A stretch of 17,797 bases of DNA, from contig JAEOTP010000095.1 of the NCBI GenBank assembly GCA_016839765.1, forward strand, positions 1-17,797, in the 5' to 3' direction. The translations under genes were made by a program, and so were the position numbers. Numbering within the stretch: position 1 is the stretch's first letter; each line of letters begins with the position of its first letter. The notes under the pieces were generated by a model that was not told where the DNA came from, ran no database searches, and saw only the letters and a program-made list of their open reading frames with translations. The stretch comes from Promethearchaeota archaeon (lineage in GTDB: Archaea > Asgardarchaeota > Lokiarchaeia > Sigyniarchaeales > SOKP01). Below are positions 9,227 through 16,394 of the stretch, piece by piece.

Positions 9227-10024
9227 TTAAACTCTTTTTGGAGTCCGTGGAGGTATCCGATAATATGTTAAATCAGGAAAACCAATAGTGAAAGCAGCTA
9301 CGACAATACCCTTAACATTCGCGATTTTTTTTATTTCTTTATTCCTTTCTATAGCTATTTGAGTCCAACCATTCCAACAAGTTCCTAGACCGAGCGATTG
9401 AGCTGCTAATCTCCCAAACGTGATTATATTTCCAATATTAAAACCACCCGTCATAATATTTAGGTTATTGGATACAAAAATTACGTGTGGGGCGTCAAAA
9501 TATATAGGATATTGAAAAATTTGACTATGTCTCCTTATTTGCTCATTAAATTGATCTTTTAACATTTGATCTTTACCCATTTCTTCTATAACTGCATCTG
9601 ACAATTCTTTTAGCTTAGATTTATCCGAAATGATGAAAAATTTCTCAGATCTCATATTAGCCCCAGTAGCGCCATATTCCATTGCCCTTATCACTTTTTT
9701 TAATAACTCATCAGGTACTTTATCTGGTTTATAACGGCGAATTGAACGAAGACTTGCAAGAAAATTAAATAATTTGTCATAAGAGACAATTTTATCAGGC
9801 GTTCCAACATTTTCAATCGAAATTGCTTCACCCATTCCTTCGTATAATATTGCTTCTTCTGGACATTGAGCAATACATTGTCCACATAACACACACCTTT
9901 TGATAGGTCCAACAAATTCTATTTGAGCTTTCTCTTCATTTTCTTGATATAAATATCTAGGACAAGCGGTTAAACAAGTTCTGCATACAGTACATTTACT
10001 ATAATCAATCCCAATTATAGGCAT
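9227..10024 (-). CDS. Nitroreductase family protein with an N-terminal 2x[4Fe-4S] ferredoxin domain
   Basis: CTVCRTCLTACP and CVLCGQCIAQCP, followed by RSIRRYK (FMN binding) and AAQSLGLGTCWNG. AGGTGA RBS 4 nt upstream of the ATG. Confidence 0.93.
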   Translation of the reverse strand: MPIIGIDYSKCTVCRTCLTACPRYLYQENEEKAQIEFVGPIKRCVLCGQCIAQCPEEAILYEGMGEAISIENVGTPDKIVSYDKLFNFLASLRSIRRYKPDKVPDELLKKVIRAMEYGATGANMRSEKFFIISDKSKLKELSDAVIEEMGKDQMLKDQFNEQIRRHSQIFQYPIYFDAPHVIFVSNNLNIMTGGFNIGNIITFGRLAAQSLGLGTCWNGWTQIAIERNKEIKKIANVKGIVVAAFTIGFPDLTYYRIPPRTPKRV

Positions 10025-10199
10025 AAAATCACCTTACTTTTTACAAAAGTTAAGTTATATAAAATGAGTAATCGGTTAGTAAATAAAAATGTTCAAATTA
10101 TGTTTTAACAAAATTGGAAAAGTTTTTATTAATTTTGAAATAATCATACAATACTGTTAAATCCAATCTAACTAAAAAAAAATTAAAACTAAAATAGAG

Positions 10200-10535
10200 G
10201 TGAACTATATAGTCATAGTAATGGCAACTACCTATTTTCCAGCTGGTAAATCAGCTGAAGTTGGAAAAAGATATCTTGAAGTCGTAAAAAAACTCCCTGC
10301 AGATAGATCAATAGATAAGCCAATTTTACCTGTAGCTGTAAGAACAACAACTAATGGTATGAAAGCAATTTCCATTGCTGAAGTTAAAGACGGCAAATTT
10401 AAAGAGTATATGAAGCGTTTCTACCAGAACATACTCGAATATTTCGACATAGAGGGATATACGGTAGATTTTGAGGTTTTTATGTCAGGTGCCGAAGCAT
10501 TACCACTTGTTGGCCTTGAAATGCCCGAAGTATAA
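10200..10535 (+). CDS. Small hypothetical protein (possible dimeric alpha-beta barrel/ferredoxin-like fold), start codon uncertain
   Basis: Clean ORF with an alternating beta/alpha pattern. The annotated GTG lies inside a GAGGTGA RBS-like motif, so the real start may be ATA at 10209 or ATG at 10221. Confidence 0.75.
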   Translation: MNYIVIVMATTYFPAGKSAEVGKRYLEVVKKLPADRSIDKPILPVAVRTTTNGMKAISIAEVKDGKFKEYMKRFYQNILEYFDIEGYTVDFEVFMSGAEALPLVGLEMPEV

Positions 10536-10577
10536 GAAATTTAAAAGGTTTTTTAAAAAAAATTATTTTCCTTTTTT

Positions 10578-11732
10578 TTATTTATAGTATTCTAATGAAT
10601 CTACAATAAATTTACAAAGCTTTTTTAATACTGATACATCTACATTTTCTAATGAGTCATATTCAGAATGCATAAATTTACCCACCTCAGAGCTTCCATA
10701 TTCAATCAGGTTAAAATTTTTTTGAAATAGATATATACCATCTGTATGGATACCTAGAGGGAGTGGGTTGATAAATGTTTTAAAATTATACTCTTTTGCT
10801 TTATTTATAAGGAAATTATAGTATCCCAAATTATTTTTAAGATTGTTTTTAGAAGCTACGATGTTAACACTTTTTCCTAAAGATTCGAAGTTGTTAACGA
10901 TTGATTTAATTGGATTAATAACACTTATAGTTTTATAAAAGCTACGAATCCCCATAGTCCCTGATTCTTCTGCTCCTGTAAATACAAACCAAAGATTATA
11001 ATCTCTTAATTCATTTTTCTTAATAGAAAAGTAATTTAATAACTCTAAAACACATGCTATCCCAGAGGCATTATCAACAACACCCTTAGATTTATTATTA
11101 GTAGTGTTTGAGCTGAGGATTACTGTTGTTATCAAACTTATTGTCAAAGGAATAATTCCGATTAAAGTAAACAGAAAATAAAACGAGGATAAAACAAGTC
11201 TTAAAACTAAAATTATAAGATTAGCAAATAAGGAAATTGTCCAAAAAAATATACTTAAACCTCTTGTTCTTGCTGTAATCCTTTGACCTTTTGAATCTAG
11301 ATGGGCCATGAAAAAAATGTTTATTTTTTCACTTTCTTGACTAGATTTTAAATTCTCTGAAGTTAACGGGCTTAGCTTTACATAAAGATTTTGAGATTCA
11401 AAAATTTTTCCGATTTTGATATTTTCAGGTTTCCTAGTTATTATAAAAAATGGTATGAATATTAAAATAGTTAAAAACAAACTAACTAACACAAATATGA
11501 GACTTAAATTTAAATAAAATGTAAAAAATACCCAAAACACAAGGGGAAATGCTATTTTAGGGTATATTCTTGAATAGAAGGTCGAAAATTTAAAAGTTTG
11601 AATTTCTGGATTTAAATTCATCTCCTCAATTTTTTCTTTGGCAATGTTAAATGCTTTTTTTTCATATAGAGTCCCTGATAATCTTGGAAATGCAAATAGT
11701 TCCAAGTTTTCCCTTATTCTATTTTCATCCAT
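10578..11732 (-). CDS. Membrane-embedded M28-family Zn metallopeptidase
   Basis: PRLSGT, AHLDS, GVVDNASG, FTGAEESG, HTDG and HSEYDS Zn-ligand motifs, with two inserted pairs of hydrophobic helices. Confidence 0.88.
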   Translation of the reverse strand: MDENRIRENLELFAFPRLSGTLYEKKAFNIAKEKIEEMNLNPEIQTFKFSTFYSRIYPKIAFPLVFWVFFTFYLNLSLIFVLVSLFLTILIFIPFFIITRKPENIKIGKIFESQNLYVKLSPLTSENLKSSQESEKINIFFMAHLDSKGQRITARTRGLSIFFWTISLFANLIILVLRLVLSSFYFLFTLIGIIPLTISLITTVILSSNTTNNKSKGVVDNASGIACVLELLNYFSIKKNELRDYNLWFVFTGAEESGTMGIRSFYKTISVINPIKSIVNNFESLGKSVNIVASKNNLKNNLGYYNFLINKAKEYNFKTFINPLPLGIHTDGIYLFQKNFNLIEYGSSEVGKFMHSEYDSLENVDVSVLKKLCKFIVDSLEYYK

Positions 11733-11999
11733 AAGTATAGTTCCTCTCCTTATTTTGAGTATTGATTGTGATTAATATACTTATTCTTTATATTTTACAA
11801 AAGTTTTAGTTAAAAGCAGATCTTTTAGCGAATTAAAGTTCACTAATAAATATATTAACTTTCTGGCTAAGAACATATGGAGAAATATTTGAAATATCTC
11901 CTCTTTGCATTTCGTAACGAATTTTTTTGGTAAAAATTAGAGTAATGTCGGAAATTCGACCCTCAATTTGATATATGTTTATAATAATAAGAATAGAAT

Positions 12000-12007
12000 A
12001 AAAAAAA
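12000..12007 (-). terminator. Oligo-T (T8) archaeal terminator candidate after the Lys-rich small gene
   Basis: A8 on the plus strand, which is T8 on the minus strand, 26 nt past the TAA stop of 12034-12135. Confidence 0.5.
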
Positions 12008-12033
12008 GGGTGTTAACAATGAATTAATGATTA

Positions 12034-12135
12034 TTATTTCTTACCTGCTGGCTTCTTTTTAGGAGCTGGCTTCTTTTTAGGAGCTGATTTTTTTTTAGGA
12101 GCTGGCTTCTTTTTAGGAGCTTTCTTCTTTGCCAT
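12034..12135 (-). CDS. 33-aa Lys/Pro/Ala repeat peptide MAKKKAPKKKPAPKKKSAPKKKPAPKKKPAGKK (histone H1/tail-like, putative nucleic-acid-binding small protein)
   Basis: Hand translation: ATG at 12135, TAA at 12034-12036, a second in-frame TAA immediately after, a purine-rich leader GGGAAAAGGGAAGTAAT before the ATG, and an in-frame 18-nt repeat with synonymous AAG/AAA variation. Confidence 0.8.
   Translation of the reverse strand: MAKKKAPKKKPAPKKKSAPKKKPAPKKKPAGKK
12049..12120 (-). repeat. 4 x 18-bp coding tandem repeat (GCTCCTAAAAAGAAGCCA = APKKKP)
   Basis: Units 1, 3 and 4 are identical. Unit 2 is GCTCCTAAAAAAAAATCA (APKKKS). There are no spacers. Confidence 0.95.
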
Positions 12136-12439
12136 ATTACTTCCCTTTTCCCTTGTTCTTTTTACTTTTTTTAAAAATTTTTAAAAATATGCTTAAAATA
12201 TACACATAACTTACATTTAAATATTTAGATTTTGAATGTGTGGTCAAATCACTACTTTACCTTAATTTGTCCCAAATAGCAATGTGAGCTACAACATTGA
12301 TAGAAGTAATATTTTTCATTTTATCGATTTTCCTTTCTCATATAACATATTGAATTGGTGCTTTAATATTTTTAATATATCTCTCACGGACTGTTAAAAG
12401 AAATATATAATTAATAATTTATTTTGTCTTTAGTTTTAA

Positions 12440-13702
12440 TTATAACAGAGAAATCATATCTTTAATGGCTCTACTAACTAAATAGAGCTGTATATTTCGA
12501 GCACCTCCTATTATTTCCTGAACTTTAGCAACTTCTAATGCTTTATCAATCCGTAGATTATCAGTAAAAGCAATTCCCCCACATAATTGTTGTGTTTCAT
12601 AAGATATTTTATGAGCTAAATGTGATGCAAGGTATTTTGTACCTGAACTAAAGGCAGCATTATATTTAATGAATTTCTGTTGATCAAAATGTTTCCGCTC
12701 AATAATTTTGTTATACTCAGAGGCTGATTTAAATCCTAATTCTGTAGCTGCCATAAGTTCAGTAAAATTCTGGGTTTGAGGAAGCGAAACTCCTTGAAAA
12801 TCATATAGAGGTCGACCAAATTGAATTCTCAAGTTTGTATATATAAGACCGGTAACTGCCGTTAACCATGCAATCCCTAAACTAGACCCAATAATTGAAC
12901 ACCTTTCAGCTACAAGCCCAGAAAATAAATTTTTATAACCTTGACCTTTATCTCCAAGAATATTTTCTCTGGGGATTTTTACAGAATTAAAAAGAGTCTG
13001 TCCAATTTGTACACGTGGAACTGATTGAATGCCAAGTCTATTAGTTATCAATCCTTCATGTCCTCTTTCTGCAATTGCTTGATACATTGTTCCTCGTGGA
13101 TCTGAGACATCTGATACGCCATATACTATAAAATAATCTGCTACTGGACCATTAGTCGTATATAATTTTTCTCCAGTAAAAAGTAAATGATCTCCTTTAT
13201 CAATAACCTTCGTTTCCATATTAACAGCATCAGAACCATGCTTTCTCTCAGTGATACAAATGCAACCTATCTTTTTACCTTTCATAATCTGATTTAAAAT
13301 TTCAGAAATTCTATCTCCTCTGCCAAATTGAAACAACGGATTGGCAAATATTACTCCAGTCACCACTCTAGCTAAATCTAATTCGGGATCAATGATCGAT
13401 GTTGCCATCGCTAAAAGCATTTCATACCGCATATTGTACCTTTCAAAATCTCCATAAGGATTTAATCTCTGGATATAGTTTTTCTTCCCCAGGATTGGAA
13501 AAAGATCATAAACTTCTTCACTTAAATTTATTTTAGGTTCAATTTTCTTGAGTAGGAAACGCTCCAATTCCTCCAGAAATTCCCGTTCTTCCTCTGTTAT
13601 AAGAGGGATAATAAAATTATTAAAAATTTTGTAAATGTTTTCTGTTCTTAATTTCTCTTTTATCTGTTCATCTAAAATATCTACACCCGTAATCATTTTC
13701 AT
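12440..13702 (-). CDS. Acyl-CoA dehydrogenase family protein
   Basis: ITERKHGSDA, GEKLYTTNG, RIQFGRPL..FQGV, QLCGGIAF and EIIGGARNIQ motifs. GGTGA RBS upstream. Confidence 0.92.
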   Translation of the reverse strand: MKMITGVDILDEQIKEKLRTENIYKIFNNFIIPLITEEEREFLEELERFLLKKIEPKINLSEEVYDLFPILGKKNYIQRLNPYGDFERYNMRYEMLLAMATSIIDPELDLARVVTGVIFANPLFQFGRGDRISEILNQIMKGKKIGCICITERKHGSDAVNMETKVIDKGDHLLFTGEKLYTTNGPVADYFIVYGVSDVSDPRGTMYQAIAERGHEGLITNRLGIQSVPRVQIGQTLFNSVKIPRENILGDKGQGYKNLFSGLVAERCSIIGSSLGIAWLTAVTGLIYTNLRIQFGRPLYDFQGVSLPQTQNFTELMAATELGFKSASEYNKIIERKHFDQQKFIKYNAAFSSGTKYLASHLAHKISYETQQLCGGIAFTDNLRIDKALEVAKVQEIIGGARNIQLYLVSRAIKDMISLL

Positions 13703-13898
13703 TGATAGATCACCTTTGATTCTATTAAGATTAAGTTTTTAAAATAATTAGTAGAAATAGTGTAATTCATTTTAAAAAAATAACTAATTGATTTTGAAAA
13801 TTTGACTATCTCAATAATATTTCAGAAGTTAAACTCTTATTAATGAATAAAGAGAAATTAAAAACATAAAAAAAATTATTATAGGTTTTGGAATAAAA

Positions 13899-15236
13899 AT
13901 GGTTAGACCTAAGGTAGTTTTACCCGAAAATGGTATCCATGGCAATGAACTCATAAAAGAAATGGAATTAATTAGTAAAGATGACGTAGAATGGAAAGAT
14001 GGGAAGGTTTGGAGTTTAGTATATCATGCTTCGGATGAGCATACAGAACTACTTAAGAAAAGTTATAACATGTTTTTCTCAAAGAACGCATTAAGCCCAC
14101 TTGCTTTTCCAAGTCTAAAAAAATTTGAAACTGAAGTAGTTTCGATGGCTATTGACTTATTTGGAGGAGATAAAAAATGCTGTGGGAGTATGACTTCTGG
14201 AGGAACTGAAAGTATTGTGATGGCTGTAAAAACTTATAGAGATTGGGCAAGGGATAAGTTTCCCGATATTAGAAATCCTGAAATGTTATTACCTAGCTCC
14301 GCTCATCCAGCATTTTATAAAGGAGCAGATTATTTTGATGTAAAAGCAGTAATTGTACCAGTGGATAAAAATACTCATCGAGCAGATGTAAAAGCTATGG
14401 AAAAAGCAATAAATAAGAATACAATATTAATAGTAGGTTCTGCATGCGATTTCCCCAGAGGTGTTGTGGATCCAATCCCCGAATTAGCAGCCATAGCTCA
14501 AGATCGTGGAATAGGAATGCATGTTGATTCATGTCTCGGAGGATTTATGTTGCCTTTTGTTAAAAAACTCGGGTATGAAGTTCCTGAGTTTGATTTTTCT
14601 GTTCCAGGGGTAACATCCATGTCTGCTGATGTCCATAAATATGGATATGGGGCAAAGGGCGCATCAACAATCCTCTATCGTAGTGATAAAATATGGAAAT
14701 ACCAATTTTCTGTGTATACAGATTGGTCAGGTGGCGTGTATATTTCAACCACTATGCGAGGAACACGTCCTGGGGGGGCAATGGCTGCAGCTTGGGTTGC
14801 TATGAAAACTCTAGGAATAAATGGTTATTTGAAATTAGCAAAAATCGTTATGGATGCTACAAAGAAATTAATTGAAGGAATAAATCGATTCCCAGAGCTA
14901 TACATTATTGGGAAACCCGTGATGAGCGTTTTCTCTTTTACTTCTGATGATATTAATATTTTTCAACTAGGAGATGTATTAGATGAGAAAGGATGGCATT
15001 TAGATAGAATACAGTTCCCATCGGCATTACACATGATGGTAAATCCTCACCATGCTGATATTGTTGATGATTTCTTAACAGATCTCAGAGACGCAGTCAA
15101 TGAAGTTCGTAAAAATCCTGAAAAAGTTTCTGAGGGTGAAGCTGCGATGTATGGTATGATTGCAAGTTTACCTGATCGTACTAAAGTCAAGAACTTTATT
15201 ATTAATTTCCTAAAAACTCAATATAAAATTAATTAG
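13899..15236 (+). CDS. Sphingosine-1-phosphate lyase-like PLP-dependent enzyme (group II decarboxylase fold)
   Basis: TSGGTESI, SAHPAFYK, HVDSCLGGF, SADVHKYG (PLP Lys), GTRPGG and C-terminal AAMYG. No N-terminal transmembrane anchor. Confidence 0.88.
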   Translation: MVRPKVVLPENGIHGNELIKEMELISKDDVEWKDGKVWSLVYHASDEHTELLKKSYNMFFSKNALSPLAFPSLKKFETEVVSMAIDLFGGDKKCCGSMTSGGTESIVMAVKTYRDWARDKFPDIRNPEMLLPSSAHPAFYKGADYFDVKAVIVPVDKNTHRADVKAMEKAINKNTILIVGSACDFPRGVVDPIPELAAIAQDRGIGMHVDSCLGGFMLPFVKKLGYEVPEFDFSVPGVTSMSADVHKYGYGAKGASTILYRSDKIWKYQFSVYTDWSGGVYISTTMRGTRPGGAMAAAWVAMKTLGINGYLKLAKIVMDATKKLIEGINRFPELYIIGKPVMSVFSFTSDDINIFQLGDVLDEKGWHLDRIQFPSALHMMVNPHHADIVDDFLTDLRDAVNEVRKNPEKVSEGEAAMYGMIASLPDRTKVKNFIINFLKTQYKIN

Positions 15237-15261
15237 ACATTAACCTTTTTTTTTCCTATTC

Positions 15262-16014
15262 TTATTCTATCTTCTTCATTATTAAATTATGTATTTCCTT
15301 AATATTTTGCTGAAGATCAAAAGGATCAAATTGCACGCCTAACCTAGTTTTTAAAATTGGAGGTATATGATCTGGATTACTAAAAATAGGAATTATTGGT
15401 TTTCCCATAATATCGGCTGCAGTCCACTCCTTTTCAACAGGTTCAGATGATAATGCATTTGGAGAACAAAATAAAAGCATTATATCACATCTACCAAGGT
15501 TATCATTCATATATTTGATAATATTATCTTTCATATCTTCTTGCCAATAAAGAACATTAGCTATTTTTTCACGTTTTGTTAAATTTTCTGCAACCTCTCT
15601 GATTTTAAATATATCAGCATCTTTTGTAGCATAACTTACAAATACTAAAATATCTTCTTTTGCCCCTTTTACCCTATCAGCGTAATAAATGGACTGCTTT
15701 TGAATTTTTTTAATTTCTACTTTTTTCTTAATTAAATTTTGAATTATCCTCTTTTGAACTTTTTTTTTTAACGTTCGCTCTATAATTTCGGTTGGAAGAA
15801 TAACAATCACTAAAATAGCACTGTAAATAAAGATATTAGTATATTCCTGCTCAATAACGCTTAAAATTATAAAAATAATTAAAGTAATTCCTAATAATAA
15901 TCCAATAATTTCTGATAGAACCCTAATAGCTTTTTCTGTTGAACTGTAATGCCGAAATTTTACTTTAAAATCTTTAACGTTAACATGGTTCGAATTGTTA
16001 GTCCTATCTGACAT
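15262..16014 (-). CDS. Two-TM membrane protein with a C-terminal TIR domain
   Basis: Two hydrophobic helices (about aa 32-77), a Lys-rich linker, then the TIR motifs VFVSYATKD, LLFCSPNALSSEPVEKEW (conserved Glu) and IIPIF. Confidence 0.88.
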   Translation of the reverse strand: MSDRTNNSNHVNVKDFKVKFRHYSSTEKAIRVLSEIIGLLLGITLIIFIILSVIEQEYTNIFIYSAILVIVILPTEIIERTLKKKVQKRIIQNLIKKKVEIKKIQKQSIYYADRVKGAKEDILVFVSYATKDADIFKIREVAENLTKREKIANVLYWQEDMKDNIIKYMNDNLGRCDIMLLFCSPNALSSEPVEKEWTAADIMGKPIIPIFSNPDHIPPILKTRLGVQFDPFDLQQNIKEIHNLIMKKIE

Positions 16015-16148
16015 TTTAAACCATCATTGTTCATTTCGCAATTAAACTTAAGCTTTTATAGAATATGATTCCAATTAATCTTTTAAAGATTATTAAAGAA
16101 AAAAATCACAGTATCTAAAACTATTAAAATAAAATAAAAAAATTAAAA

Positions 16149-16376
16149 TTATTTAAAATAAATTTGAAGGGCTTGTTCAAAATCCTCCAAGAAGGGATTA
16201 TCAATCTCAGCACAATTCAATTGTTCAAAATTCTCAATTATTTCCGAATAATATGGAGTCTTCTTTTCTCTAGAAAAATATAGATTAATAGATTTTTCAT
16301 AGTCAATTAAACTGGAATTATCTATTTCAGCTGTACCAAATTGTTCAAAAATTAATGTATATTCTAAAGCAATCAT
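16149..16376 (-). CDS. Small acidic protein made of two ~25-aa internal repeats
   Basis: FEQFGTAEIDNSSLIDYEKSINLYF versus FEQLNCAEIDNPFLEDFEQALQIYF. It starts 18 nt downstream of the NMO-like gene. Confidence 0.7.
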   Translation of the reverse strand: MIALEYTLIFEQFGTAEIDNSSLIDYEKSINLYFSREKKTPYYSEIIENFEQLNCAEIDNPFLEDFEQALQIYFK

Positions 16377-16394
16377 CTTATTGTCAACCTTAAC

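Noticed and set aside
9218-9229. Nitroreductase ends PKRV*GL*, a possible premature stop or readthrough
   Set aside because: It would change only 3 residues, the stop is TAA (not a Sec or Pyl codon), and it cannot be judged without orthologues.
8968-9915. ORFs 8968-9198 (-) and 9700-9915 (-)
   Set aside because: Fully nested in longer, better-supported genes (one antisense, one alternative frame), with no motifs.
11940-11964. GAGGGTCGAATTTCC on the minus strand as a tRNA T-arm or SECIS element
   Set aside because: No cloverleaf or exact GTTCGA motif, and no selenoprotein-like in-frame TGA in the neighbouring genes.
12049-12120. Tandem 18-bp repeats as a CRISPR array
   Set aside because: The units are contiguous with no spacers, are a multiple of 3 nt and encode a peptide. 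No cas genes are present.
12034-12135. Small basic peptide as ribosomal protein eL41
   Set aside because: eL41 is Arg-rich with a KWRKKR-type motif. This peptide has no Arg or Trp and is a Pro/Ala repeat.
12257-12319. 20-aa minus-strand ORF MKNITSINVVAHIAIWDKLR upstream of the Lys-rich gene
   Set aside because: Its length is expected by chance, the RBS is weak, and nothing else supports it.
14560-14875. ORFs 14560-14748 (-) and 14693-14875 (+)
   Set aside because: Nested within the S1P-lyase-like gene.
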